A stretch of DNA of 64,000 bases from Gammaproteobacteria bacterium (GCA_965116495.1 OZ220696.1:2496001-2560000); one strand, 5' to 3'; positions 24,401 to 29,553 are shown, counted from the first letter of the stretch. Notes: generated by a model not told the origin, from the sequence alone. Numbers and translations are program-made.

Positions 24401-27400
24401 GCCAAGCACCATCAACGAGAGTGGCGGCACGAACTCGAGCACGGTGACGGCGACGCTGTCGGGCAAGTCCAACACGGCGGTGACCCTGACGGTGGCCGCG
24501 GCGGCGGGCGCCAACACCGCTGCGGGCGATTTCACGGTGAGCAACAACAAGACCCTGAAGATTGCGGCGGGTGCGACCACCAGCACCGGCGCGGTGAAGA
24601 TCACCGCGGTGAACAACAACGTGGATGCGCCGAACAAGAGTGTGACGGTCTCGGCCACTGCCAGCGGAGGCAGTGTGGCTAACCCGGACAACCAGACCCT
24701 GACGATCACCGACGATGACGCGGCACCCAGCGGCATCACGCTCTCGGTGTCGCCCGACACGCTGGGCGAGGGCGATGGATTGACCAGAATCACGGTGACC
24801 GCCACGGTGAACGGCAGCACGCGCTACGTGGACGCCAAAACGGTGACGGTCAGCGTCGGCAGCGGCACGGCGATAGCGGGCACGGACTTCGACGCCGTGT
24901 CGAACTTCGACATCACCATCGCCGCGGCCGGGGCCAGCCAGACCGGCACGTTCGACCTGACACCCACCGACGACGCCCTGCACGAGGAGGATGAGACGGT
25001 CGAAGTCACCGGAACCTCCGGCGCGCTGACCATTACCCCGGCCACGGTCACCATCACCGACAATGACGCCGCGGGGCCGGTGGGCACGGTCTCGCTCTCG
25101 GCAGAGCGCTACGAGGTGCTGGAGGGCGATTCGCTGTCGGTGACGGTCAACCTGTCCGAGTCGCCCGCCGCTGATACGGTGATTGAGTTGGAGGCGACCA
25201 GCCCGTCCGGCCACAGCGCGACACCCGGTACGGACTACGATGGCGCCGTGCAGACGGTCACGATCCGGGCGGGCGCAACCAGCGGGAAGGCGCGCATTGC
25301 GACCACACGCGACAACCGGAATGACCCCAACGAGACCTTCAAGCTGGCAATCCGGGCATCCGATCTGCCGGGCACCGTGACCCTCGGCTATCCTCACACG
25401 GCCGTCGTTACGATCCGCGAGCCTGTGAGTGGGATAACGCCCCCGGCAACGGCGACGGTGGTGTATGCCGGCAGAAACAGCCGGATCTCGATGCCCGTGC
25501 CGGCGGGTCTGAAAGGCCACGGAATCGATGTGGCCTTCTATTTCGATATAGGCCCCGGCACGGCCCGGGGCGGGGGCGATTGCAGGGAAGATGGAACGGA
25601 CCTGGTCGATTTTGGCCACTTTCCCTCCTTCCCTCCGGGGAACGTGAGAACCGGACCTGTGGTGCGCATCGTCGAGGACATCAATACCGACACGATCGAA
25701 TTGGAAGTCGAGTTGTGTAAGGGTTCCGTGGGCAAAACCTTCACTGCCACCTGGGACACCATCCAGTGGCTCGGCAACCCGGATCGCGGCTTCCCCGGCG
25801 TCAAGAGCAACCCATTCAACGCCGGCGCGGCCCATTGCACCTCGACCGCCCTGTGTTACACGAAGGTCACGATCGTGGATGACGCCCCCGACCCTGATCC
25901 CGAGGTCACGATTACGGGCGGCGACGATATCACCGAGGGCGGCGACGCCGTCTTCACCGTGCAGGCGACTCCGGCGCCGAAGTCGGACCTGGAGGTCACG
26001 CTGGCCATTGCCGACGACGCGGTGAGCGACTTTCTGGCGGATGGCGAGGAGGGATCGAAGACGGTCACCATCGCCGCGAGGAGCGACACGGCCACCTACA
26101 CGCTGGCGACAACGGATGACGGCCTTGAGGAGGCGGACGGCGGCGTGTCGGCCACGCTGGAGGCCGGAACCGGCTACGAGGTCGGCAGCCCGTCCACGGC
26201 GACCGTGGCGGTGGCCGACAACGACGATGAAGATGAAGATGACGCGCGGGCGACCGTCGTGCGCATCACCGCCGGCGCCGATATCACCGAAGGCGACGTC
26301 GCGCGCTTCACGCTGACAGGCGCCCCGGCGCCTGCGCAGGACATCACCGTCAACCTGCGCGTGACGCAAAGCGGCGCCTTCGCCGGTAACGGTGAACTTG
26401 GCGCACGCACCGTGACGCTCGGCGCGGACGCCACCGTCACCGTTGACATCCCGACCGTCGACGACTCGACGCTTGAAGACGACGGCAGCCTCACCATTAC
26501 CGTCGAACCGGGAACCGGCTACACCCTGCACGCAACAGACGCCAGCGCCAGCGTCGCGGTGGCCGACGACGAAGAGCCGTCCTTGCCGACGATCCATATT
26601 GACGATGTCGAGGCGCCGGAGGGCGAAGATCTGCATTTCACGTTCACGCTCTCCCATGCGGTGGATCACAGGGTGGATGTGTGGTGGGAGACCCGATTCG
26701 GGCCGAACCCCGACGACGACGAAAACGGCCACGGGCCGAGCTACGGGGAGGCGATCCCCCATGCGGACTTCGCCTACGCCGACAGCAAGGTGACCGTTTA
26801 CCCGGGGTCGACTTGGGGGGAATTCTGGGTTGAGACCTTCGATGACTCCCACGACGAGGGCCGGGAGCACTTCACCGTCGTGCTGACGGATGTAACGGGC
26901 GCCATCATCGCGGACGAACTGGCAGTCGGCACCATCGTCAATTCGGACCCGATGCCGGCGGCCTGGCTGGGCCGCTTCGGGCGCGCCGTGGCCGAGCAGG
27001 CGATCGAGGGCATCACCGAGCGCATTGAGGCCGCCGGCGCGCCCGGGCGCGCCACCGAGCTTGGCTTCCGCGGGACCATGGCGGGCAGCGCGTTCGGCAC
27101 TCAGCACGGCGGAAACGGCGACGCCGGCTCCGGGGCGGACGCTTGCCGCCGCGCCGAAACGCCGCAGACGCACCGCCCCCCCGACTGCGATACCAGCCGG
27201 CCGGTCGGCGACGCCGAGGCCAGGCGACAATTCGTGCGGATGCTGCTTGACAGCCGCTTCACCTATACCGGCGAAGCGGACGAGGCGGGCGGCGTGTTGG
27301 GCTATTGGGGCCGCGGCGCGCAAACCCGGTTCGACGGTGGCGACGGCAAATTGAACCTTGACGGCAAAGTTACCACAGCCATGCTCGGCGTGGACTACGC

Positions 27401-28487
27401 GAGAAATAACTGGCTGGTGGGCATGGCGCTCACGCAAAGCCTAAGCAGCGGCGGCTACCACCGTTCGGGCGCGGCCGGCCACCACCACCCGAGCGCGCCT
27501 GTCCAGGACGGCCCTGGAATGGATTCCGTAGCGGCTATCGTACCGGGCGCCGCGCTGATGGACGGCGCCATTGACACCACCCTCACGGCAGCGATCCCCT
27601 ACGCTTCCTGGCGTGTCTCCGAACGCCTGAGCCTTTGGGGCGCGGCGGGCTACGGCATGGGTGAGATGACGCTCGAACCAGGCGGTGGTGAGTCCCTGCG
27701 GGCCGGCATCGATTGGACGATGGCGGCAGCGGGACTGCGCGCCGACCTGTTCTCATCCGCCGGCGGTACGGAGCTCGCCCTGATCTCCGATGCGCTCCGG
27801 GCGGGTACCGGCTCCGACCGCATCGACGGCCTCGTGGCGACGCACTCCTCCGTAAGCCGCCTGCGCCTGGGCATTGAGGCCAGCCGGCTCTTCTCGCTAC
27901 CCGGCGGCGGCAGCTTCACGCCCAGCTTCGAGCTGGGCGCACGCCACGACGGCGGCAGCGCCGAGACCGGGTTCGGAGTGGAAGTAGGCGGCGGAATCGC
28001 CTGGACCGACCCCCGGTTTGGCCTCAAGCTCGACCTGCTGGGCCGCACGCTCATCTCCCATGAGGACGACGCCATAGGCGAGCGGGGCTTCTCGGCTTCC
28101 CTCGCCTTCGATCCGTGGCCGGACTCCGAGCAGGGTCTGGCGCTGACCTTGCGCCAGGACATCGGCGCCACCTCTAGCGGTGGACTGGAGGCACTGTTCA
28201 CCAACGATCCGCTCGCGCGGCGCACGTCGGGTTCCGACAGCAGCAGCCTGACCACCGAACTGGGCTACGGCACGCCGGTCCTGGGCGGGCGTTTCATCGG
28301 CGTTCCACACCTGGGCTACAGCTTGACCCGGAGTGGGAACGAGATCGGCCTCGGCTGGCGGCTGGCGCCCGCTAAGGAGGCCGGCGCCACCGACTTTACC
28401 GTGAAGGCGCTGGCCACCCGGGCCGAGAGCCTCCAGGGCGAGCCGGCGGAGCACCGCATCCGCATCGAAATCCAGGCGCGCTGGTAA
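3453..28487 (+). CDS. Giant (~8,340 aa) Calx-beta/Ig-like repeat adhesin with C-terminal autotransporter-type beta-barrel
   Basis: Uninterrupted 25-kb ORF (TTG 3426 or, more likely, ATG 3453 with AGGTG RBS). Sec signal LLAVLLAVLLAALPLQAVA|Q. Dozens of Calx-beta-like units (A.EG...F.V.R...TA..DY...DD...E..ETF.V.L...GTI.DDD). C-terminal PAAWLGRFGRAVA helix, amphipathic beta-strands and terminal W. Confidence 0.88.
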   Translation: MTARIMGVGFLKTFCALVRAFTGRSGGLLLAVLLAVLLAALPLQAVAQTQGVSISANPSTFGQVSITEGEDVTFTVSRTGDNSDALTVNYQITGGGGPANLQPERAGEGDYTSIPTSYEFLAGSSASHEFTVTAVNDEVYEPRQYFTLTASGSYRDGTDAVSFSEEVVVRITENDERYLTLSPVSDSAVGMKNPEFMAKEGGITNGKNELTISLNEPLPYDLNIAYTVGDDPHTTASVKDFTMADGTATIPNGDTSVTIDIGIGDDDLVEPTEYFTLGFRTPGYNDPGNALGTFNPVNFQDSKLTSQPLSVSIMDNDTKDMGGVVYLRGEGGGGITGFPSTRKTLTEGQSTTITAEIAGAAPTSDIQIPLKVTEFPSDEVTSSDYSIPGSITIKMGDKTGAVTLKTVDDMEDERYRELLVVEINEMGTNLPTGYEKGDRSKYEVIILDNDETPVSLQSLSRTALTEARGSGTHTATFQLRIDRRPKADPMATPLFTGAATDEGDAKLVLGYTGKATRGSTADYTSTADTFVIHKSPAALPTNCMPDGEAVKCTVTLNVRDDNLYEGGVGTTEDVKINLDTGNSSFNDGLKKPTRLSLTIEDNDEQPMLSVGDLSAVEGGKLAFKVKRTGAMENRLSVRAATANDGTDGANRAVANSDYRTRSETLKFAKDDREQTFEVTTTQDVIDEMDETFLVKLSDAKDTGGEPKPGIEDDTAVGTITDNDDAPTALTISVDTDTSTDGGQDTIAEAADKTTVSVTATITSDTRFADARTVTVTVGKDGDGAVEGTDYNEVAGTIQITIPATQKSGTGMFDLMPVNDKIDDDDEKISVEGELGTMTVTHAAITITDDDARGITVSEETLTIHEADDTNTEDKEHEGTYNVALTSQPEGGAVTVNIKSEGPKVATVDPPSLMFTTANWETAQTVTVTAENDTIDDTGDQKTTTITHTVSAADTDYKDETVDDVAVTVTDDDEAPMALTLTVDTDTSTGGDQNTIGEGDDAPTVRITATLDGDTQFATAKTITITVGDSGKDTATEGTGGDYNTVAEFDITLPAGAESVYHDLELTLNDDSVDEANEETVTVTGALTGATVKGTTFTIEDNDATPTVTLVLTPASINESGATNASTVTATMDGTSSEAVTLTVSATPVSPAATGDLTLSDNKTLTIPANTQASTGVVTIAAVDNDVDAANKTVTVAATATGGNALVQAPGSQTLTITDDDTRGITVSKATLTLDEEDNAATMETDEHQDTYTVVLDSEPSGGTVTIGVASGDTTIAGVAPATLEFTASTWDNPQTVTVTAVPDGIDNPNDRRTAAITHTVTATGTDYDGATASGVMVTVNDDDGAPTLSINSPSVTEVDSDATATLTFTVRLTPASGNTVTVDYADAGTGTATSGRTDYATLAGGTLTFSAGDTSETVEVTVSGDDIDEPDETVVVRLSSPSNATLTDGATTLDGTGTINDNDPTPTVSVADAAAVSEGDVAAPNPANNMTFTVTLSAVSGLDVTVPYTLSGTATAGTDYTEPDPRSVTIAAGTTRADIAIPVAGDEVDEENETITVTLGAPTNATVSTAEGAGAASGTITDDDTRGVSVTPTTLTVAEADNAGTEATREDQEAYKVVLTSQPTGAVTVNLKSGDESVARINTASLVFGAGNWNTERTVTVTGQADVIDNTGDERATTIAHTVSAAGTDYADETAEGVAVTVTDDDAAPSGITLTANPDSVTENGGAKTITVTAAVNGMTRYAQARTVSVSVGGGTAISGTDYTAVESFDITIGAGEDDASNTFTLTPDNDVLAEGNETINVTGTLSGITIRPDEIILTDNDAAPSGITLSVDTNGAEDGTPSTVGEDAGGTVVTVTATVNGTTRYVDAKTVAVSVADGTAESPADYAAVSGFNITIAAGAASHTGSFTVTPVDDDLDEANETINVTGTLSSVTITGATVTFTDNDDPVSFSIADAEATEGGKVEFTVSRAGAGDNIAEVKVTTATDSGDGVNAADADDYTAIATAQTVNFAKGVASQTVEVQTTQDDLFETDETFKAVLSAPALGENDPGTGVSIETGKGTATGTIKNDDTQPSFAVADASAAEGNGITFTVTRSGAMDNAVSVKWNTKPDTGAGAAAATDYTPVTTPTTLNFARGASSRTFTVATTEDVLAEGNETFLVELTGAVGGTITTAEATGTINDDDAAPTGITLSVDADTGTMGTQTSLAEEGGVKTVRVTATINGATRFATAQTVTVTVGKNGDSATEGTDYSNVAAQSIEIPIGAASAYVEFPLTPTTDVLSEGSETISVDGTLTGVTFTNSAITITDDDDAPSAITLSVDADTATMGTQTSLAEEGGVKTVRVTATIDGATRFATAQTVTVTVGKDGDSATAGTDYATVDEQSIEIPIGDASASVEFMLTPTTDVLFEGSETISLDGTLTGVAFTNTAITITDDDAAPSAITLSVDTNAGGDGTPTTLAEGATATTVRVTATITSATRFATEQTVKVKVGKDGDSATEGTDYALVADQNIKIPAGAASAYVDFPLTPTHDILDEPDETISVDGELTGVTFTAATITINDDDDAPEFITLAVDTNAGGNGTPTSVGEEAGATTVRVTATITSATRFSANQPVTFEVGKSADSATEDTDYTEVGTLTITIDGGDASGYVDFTLTPTSDVLDEPNETISVHGTQADITFTDATITITDDDAAPSGITLSVDTNGSTAGTPSTVAEDAGATVVTVTATVNGTTRYVDAKTVVVSVADDTAASPADYAAVTDFNITIAAGAASHTGSFTVTPVDDDLDESDEMIDVTGTLTGITITPATVTLTDTDAPVSFSIADAEATEGGKVTFTVSRKGAEDNVAEVKVATAADSGEDVNAADADDYTAITTAQTLNFAKDVTSQTVEVQTTQDDLFEPDETFRAVLSAPALGEDDPGTGVSIETGKGTATGTIKNDDTEPSFAVADASASEGDAITFTVTRSGAMDNAVSVKWNTKADSSADANAAFASDYTPVTTAQTLTFAKGVGRQTFAVATTEDTLHEGAETFLVELTGAVGGTIATAEATGTITDDDAAPSGITLTVAPATVGEEDGKTKITVTATVNGTTRYVDAKTVTVSVGGGTTISGTDYGAVENFDIAIAAGDTSKAGTFDLTPTDDDLHEGNETIDVTGTSGALTITKASITLEDDDVQPSFAVADASAAEGDAITFTVTRSGAMDNAVSVKWNTKADSSDGANAASATDYTEMTTATKLDFAKGVSSQSFTVATTEDTLNEADETFLIELTEPVGATITDAEATGTITNDDAAPTTLTLAVDADNDTENVQSSLAENGGAKTVKVTATLGGSTQFDVDKTLTLIVGDDDDSATEGTDYTNVADVTLTIPAGDQDVEHTFTLTPTDDAFNEASETISFDATLASVMVTGASITLTSDDAAPAITLTVDADKDTDNVQTSLAEDGGMKTVRVTAALDGTTRLEAAADLTLAVGKSSDSAVEGTDYTTVADRTITIGAGVASVTDDFTLTPTDDDLYEGSETISLDGTLTGVAVTDTSITLTDDDTQPSFAVADASAAEGDAITFTVTRSGAMDNVVSVKWNTKAATGAGAAATTDYTAMTAATKLDFAKGVGTQTFAVATTEDVLDEGNETFLVELTEPVGAIISDAEATGTINDDDAAPSGITLSVDTNGAEDGTPSTVAEDAGATVVTVTATVNGTTRYVDAKTVAVSVDDGTAASPADYAEVSGFNITIAAGAASHTGSFTVTPVDDDLDEPNETIGVTGTLTDVTITGATVTLTDTDAPVSFSIADAEATEGGKVTFTVSRKGAGDNVASVKVATAADSGDGVKAADADDYTAITTAQTLNFAAGTTSQTVEVQTTQDDLFETDETFRAVLSAPALADGDPGTGVTIETGKGTATGTIKNDDTEPSFAVADASASEGDAITFTVTRSGAMDNAVSVKWNTKADSSEGANAASASDYTAVTMATTLTFAKGVGRQTFAVATTEDVLDEGAETFLVELTGAVGATIATAEATGTITDDDAAPSGITLSVDTNGAEDGTPSTVAEDAGATVVTVTATVNGTTRYVDAKTVVVSVDDDTAAAPADYAAVTDFNITIAAGAASQTGSFTVTPVDDDLDESDEMIDVTGTLTDVTITGATVTLTDTDAPVSFSIADAEATEGGKVTFTVSRGGAEDNVASVKVATAADSGDGVKAAGTDDYTAISPAQTLNFAKGVTSQTVEVQTTQDDLFEPDETFRAVLSAPALAENDPGTGVTIETGKGTAVGTIKNDDTEPSFAVADASASEGDAITFTVTRSGAMDNAVSVKWNTKADSSADANAAFASDYTPVTTAQTLTFAKGVGRQTFAVATTEDTLHEGNETFLVELTGAVGATIATAQATGTINDDDAAPTGITLTVSPTTVGEEDGETEITVTATVNGTTRYVDAKTVTVSVGGGTATSDTDYDAVANFDIVIAAGDASKAGTFDLTPTQDDLHEGSETINLDGTVTGVTVTDVSLTLTDDDGQPSFAVADASASEGDVITFTVTRSGAMDNAVSVKWNTKADSSDGANAASATDYTEMTTATKLDFASGASSQTFTVATTEDTLNEADETFLIELTEPVGATITDAEATGTITNDDAAPTTLTLAVDADNDTENVQSSLAENGGAKTVKVTATLGGSTQFDVDKTLTLIVGDDDDSATEGTDYTNVADVTLTIPAGDQDVEHTFTLTPTDDAFNEASETISFDATLASVMVTGASITLTSDDAAPAITLTVDADKDTDNVQTSLAEDGGMKTVRVTAALDGTTRLEAAADLTLAVGKSSDSAVEGTDYTTVADRTITIGAGVASVIHDFTLTPTNDDIDEPNEGISIEGTLTGVTVTGTAITLTDDEVTPTVTLALTPTAIDESGDDNATTVTATLSGASSQAVTLTVAATAVSPAAAGDFTLSGTTLTIAAGVTTSTGTVTITAVDNDVDAANKTVTVSATATGGNGIASPGNATLTITDDDERGVTVAGDPLSMDEADNAGTAGTREDQDSYTVVLDSEPTDDVRIDLTAPAMVTLSATSLTFTPSNWDQAQTVTATAVDDAIDNAGDARAGNIEHAVVAGSSDYTGVAAADVAVTVNDNDGTPTVTLALTPTAIDESGDDNATTVTATLSGASSQAVTLTVAATAVSPAAAGDFTLSGTTLTIAAGVTTSTGTVTITAVDNDVDAANKTVTVSATATGGNGIASPGNATLTITDDDERGVTVAGDPLSMDEADNAGTAGTREDQDSYTVVLDSEPTDDVRIDLTAPAMVTLSATSLTFTPSNWDQAQTVTATAVDDAIDNAGDARAGNIEHAVVAGSSDYTGVAAADVAVTVNDNDGTPTVRLALTPTAIDESGDDNATTVTATLSGASSQAVTLTVAATAVSPAAAGDFTLSGTTLTIAAGVTTSTGTVTITAVDNDVDAANKTVTVSATATGGNGIASPGNATLTITDDDERGVTVAGDPLSMDEADNAGTAGTREDQDSYTVVLDSEPTDDVRIDLTAPAMVTLSATSLTFTPSNWDQAQTVTATAVDDAIDNAGDARAGNIEHAVVAGSSDYTGVAAADVAVTVNDNDGTPTVRLALTPTAIDESGDDNATTVTATLSGASSQAVTLTVAATAVSPAAAGDFTLSGTTLTIAAGVTTSTGTVTITAVDNDVDAANKTVTVSATATGGNGIASPGNATLTITDDDERGVTVAGDPLSMDEADNAGTAGTREDQDSYTVVLDSEPTDDVRIDLTAPAMVTLSATSLTFTPSNWDQAQTVTATAVDDAIDNAGDARAGNIEHAVVAGSSDYTGVAAADVAVTVNDNDGTPTVTLALTPTAIDESGDDNATTVTATLSGASSQAVTLTVAATAVSPAAAGDFTLSGTTLTIAAGVTTSTGTVTITAVDNDVDAANKTVTVSATATGGNGIASPGNATLTITDDDERGVTVAGDPLSMDEADNAGTAGTREDQDSYTVVLDSEPTDDVRIDLTAPAMVTLSATSLTFTPSNWDQAQTVTATAVDDAIDNAGDARAGNIEHAVVAGSSDYTGVAAADVAVTVNDNDGTPTVTLALTPTAIDESGDDNATTVTATLSGASSQAVTLTVAATAVSPAAAGDFTLSGTTLTIAAGVTTSTGTVTITAVDNDVDAANKTVTVSATASGGGVANPDNQTLTINDDEGTPTVTLVLTPTTIDESGDDNASTVTAMLSGKSSAAVTVTVSVPNDAPVTLSNNAALSIAAGATTSTGAVTITAVDNDVDAPNKTVTVSATASGRDVANPASQTLTITDDDAAPGGITLSVSPTAVGEEDGETEITVTATVNGTTRYADAKTVTVSVGGGTAISGTDYDAVANFDITIAAGDASKTGTFDLTPINDVLDEANETINVTGTSGSLTITSTTVTINDDDDAPGAITISVDADTGTDGTQTTIAENGGGKTVRVTATITGETRFVEAKTVTVEVGADADSATEGADYTTVARRSITIDAGAASGYVEFTLTPTQDVLHEGNETISLDGTLTGVTVTDATITLTDDDAAPSGITLMVSPTTVGEGAGETEITVTATVNGTTRYVDAKTVTVSVGGGTATSDTDYDAVANFDIVIAAGDASKAGAFDLTPTQDDLHEGSETINLDGTVTGVTVTDTSLTLTDDDGQPSFAVADASASEGDVITFTVTRSGAMDNAVSVKWNTKADTGAGAAATTDYSAMTTATKLDFASGASSQTFTVATTEDTLHEGNETFLVELTEPVGGIISDAEATGTITDDDAAPTALTLSVDADTGTMGTQTSLAEDGGAKTVRVTATLGGSSTFAEAKTVTVEVGPDADGATEGTDYTEVTSKSITINAGSLSGYVDFTLTPTDDDIDEPNEGISIEGTLTGITVAGTSITLTDDEGTPTVTLVLTPSTINESGDDNASTVTATLSGESSAAVTVEVSVPNTAPVTLSNNTTLTIAAGSKASTGAVTITAVDNDVDAPNASVVVSGAASGGGVAVANPENQTLTITDDEGTPTVTLVLTPSTINESGGTNSSTVTATLSGKSNTAVTLTVAAAAGANTAAGDFTVSNNKTLKIAAGATTSTGAVKITAVNNNVDAPNKSVTVSATASGGSVANPDNQTLTITDDDAAPSGITLSVSPDTLGEGDGLTRITVTATVNGSTRYVDAKTVTVSVGSGTAIAGTDFDAVSNFDITIAAAGASQTGTFDLTPTDDALHEEDETVEVTGTSGALTITPATVTITDNDAAGPVGTVSLSAERYEVLEGDSLSVTVNLSESPAADTVIELEATSPSGHSATPGTDYDGAVQTVTIRAGATSGKARIATTRDNRNDPNETFKLAIRASDLPGTVTLGYPHTAVVTIREPVSGITPPATATVVYAGRNSRISMPVPAGLKGHGIDVAFYFDIGPGTARGGGDCREDGTDLVDFGHFPSFPPGNVRTGPVVRIVEDINTDTIELEVELCKGSVGKTFTATWDTIQWLGNPDRGFPGVKSNPFNAGAAHCTSTALCYTKVTIVDDAPDPDPEVTITGGDDITEGGDAVFTVQATPAPKSDLEVTLAIADDAVSDFLADGEEGSKTVTIAARSDTATYTLATTDDGLEEADGGVSATLEAGTGYEVGSPSTATVAVADNDDEDEDDARATVVRITAGADITEGDVARFTLTGAPAPAQDITVNLRVTQSGAFAGNGELGARTVTLGADATVTVDIPTVDDSTLEDDGSLTITVEPGTGYTLHATDASASVAVADDEEPSLPTIHIDDVEAPEGEDLHFTFTLSHAVDHRVDVWWETRFGPNPDDDENGHGPSYGEAIPHADFAYADSKVTVYPGSTWGEFWVETFDDSHDEGREHFTVVLTDVTGAIIADELAVGTIVNSDPMPAAWLGRFGRAVAEQAIEGITERIEAAGAPGRATELGFRGTMAGSAFGTQHGGNGDAGSGADACRRAETPQTHRPPDCDTSRPVGDAEARRQFVRMLLDSRFTYTGEADEAGGVLGYWGRGAQTRFDGGDGKLNLDGKVTTAMLGVDYARNNWLVGMALTQSLSSGGYHRSGAAGHHHPSAPVQDGPGMDSVAAIVPGAALMDGAIDTTLTAAIPYASWRVSERLSLWGAAGYGMGEMTLEPGGGESLRAGIDWTMAAAGLRADLFSSAGGTELALISDALRAGTGSDRIDGLVATHSSVSRLRLGIEASRLFSLPGGGSFTPSFELGARHDGGSAETGFGVEVGGGIAWTDPRFGLKLDLLGRTLISHEDDAIGERGFSASLAFDPWPDSEQGLALTLRQDIGATSSGGLEALFTNDPLARRTSGSDSSSLTTELGYGTPVLGGRFIGVPHLGYSLTRSGNEIGLGWRLAPAKEAGATDFTVKALATRAESLQGEPAEHRIRIEIQARW
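10010..11520 (+). repeat. Four diverged 378-bp (126-aa) tandem units inside the adhesin
   Basis: Equivalent motifs recur every 378 nt (shadow-ORF ends at 10198, 10576, 10954, 11332). Boundaries are approximate. Confidence 0.75.
11510..17900 (+). repeat. Long internal duplication (offset 3,969 nt), with sub-duplications at offsets 1,092 and 2,877
   Basis: ~13030-13929 is near-identical to ~16999-17898, and ~12260-12520 matches ~16230-16490. Boundaries are approximate. Confidence 0.8.
18033..21829 (+). repeat. 708-bp (236-aa) near-perfect tandem repeat, 5 full copies plus ~257 bp
   Basis: Units start at 18033, 18741, 19449, 20157, 20865 and 21573. The only difference noticed is gtcacc versus gtgagg (TVTL/TVRL) at the start of units 3 and 4. 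Confidence 0.92.
26952..28487 (+). other. Autotransporter linker helix and beta-barrel region of the adhesin
   Basis: MPAAWLGRFGRAVAEQ...WGRGAQTRFDG...LGVDY...FELGARHDGGSAETGFGVEVGGGIAW...IRIEIQARW. Confidence 0.75.
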
Positions 28488-28705
28488 GTTTCCGCCCGGA
28501 CGTTTCCCGACCTGCGGTGGATGAATACCTGCACCGGGCCATCCATAAGCTACTGGAAAAGTCCAAGCTTGAAGACGATGCTAAAAAAGCGACAAGCCAA
28601 CTGAAGGGCTATACTGCTGGCGGTCGGTAACCTGAAACGGGGTTTTCAGGGTCGACTGTGCTATAGTTTTCATTCTGAATATACAGTCAATTATAGGGGA
28701 CAACT

Positions 28706-28909
28706 ATGCAATCACAACAGATTGAGCATGTGTTTCAAAAACTCCAAGCCCTTGCGCCGAACCGCATTGATGAAGTAGAGGACTTCATCGATTTTCTGAG
28801 TCAACGGGATATAGATAGACATTTGACCAAAGCCGCCGCCACCGTGTCTGAATCACAATTGAATACACTATGGGACAATCCATACGATGCCGAGTACTGC
28901 AAATTGTAA
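28706..28909 (+). CDS. DUF2281-like antitoxin (orphan)
   Basis: KLQALAPNRIDEVEDFIDFL...LWDNPYDAEY pattern; GGGGA RBS. Confidence 0.7.
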   Translation: MQSQQIEHVFQKLQALAPNRIDEVEDFIDFLSQRDIDRHLTKAAATVSESQLNTLWDNPYDAEYCKL

Positions 28910-28985
28910 GTTTTTCTCACAACCGAGGTATCAAGTGAGAAATTCAGACTGTTATTTAGAGTATGAAGATTACAGAGATATTGCT

Positions 28986-29261
28986 ATGAAAACGCTCCCT
29001 GCAGAGGTGTCAAAGTACGCCACGACCCCTGAATTCACGGAAGAAACCATCCCTGGGAAACTGAAGAAATCCCACCGGACCAAGCATGAGACATGGGCAA
29101 AAATTGTGATTCTGGAAGGAACTTTACGATACCGCATTCTTGAGCCGGTGCTGGAAGAGGTCAATCTTTCTCGCAGCAACTATGGGGTCGTAGAGCCGGA
29201 GGTCCCGCATGAGGTCGAAACGATAGGGAAGGTGCGTTTTTATTTGGAATTTTATCGCTAG
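28986..29261 (+). CDS. DUF1971 / TehB-YeaR-like cupin domain protein
   Basis: Y..TPEFTEETIP..L...H.TK..TWAKI.ILEG.L.Y and VVEPEVPHEV...FYLEFYR; probable start ATG 28986. Confidence 0.8.
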   Translation: MKTLPAEVSKYATTPEFTEETIPGKLKKSHRTKHETWAKIVILEGTLRYRILEPVLEEVNLSRSNYGVVEPEVPHEVETIGKVRFYLEFYR

Positions 29262-29370
29262 TGTTTGACGACGATTAACTTGGCCGGTTCTTTCCTGGCG
29301 CTTATAATGTTCCCATAAAGAATGATCTATCAATCAGGCAGGGCTATCTCAAAGTCGGGATACGCCCCGC

Positions 29371-29553
29371 TGTCATTCCGGGCTTGATCCGGAATCCAAT
29401 GAAAACGTAATTTTTCATGAACAATGAATGATTGTTTGACTGGATTCCTGCCCCTGCTCAACGCCATACAGGGACAGGCTTGCGCAGGAATGACGGGTGG
29501 GAGATTTGAAAGCGGGTAATGACTTTGTGCAGGAATGACGGGTGGGAGATTTG
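29371..29553. repeat. Cluster of GTCATTCC...GGAATCCA REP-like elements, including a 25-bp direct repeat
   Basis: tgtcattccgggcttgatccggaatcca (29371-29398); an inverted, interrupted copy at 29440-29495; gcaggaatgacgggtgggagatttg at 29484-29508 and 29529-29553. Confidence 0.8.

Noticed and set aside
5436-27437. Very long antisense ORFs (656, 789, 609, 1471, 1625 aa) opposite the adhesin
   Set aside because: Shadow frames produced by GC-rich codon bias and repeats. They are Arg/Gly/His-rich with no recognisable motifs.
28548-28630. Possible gene remnant (LLEKSKLEDDAKKATSQLKGYTAGGR*)
   Set aside because: No start codon and no recognisable family.
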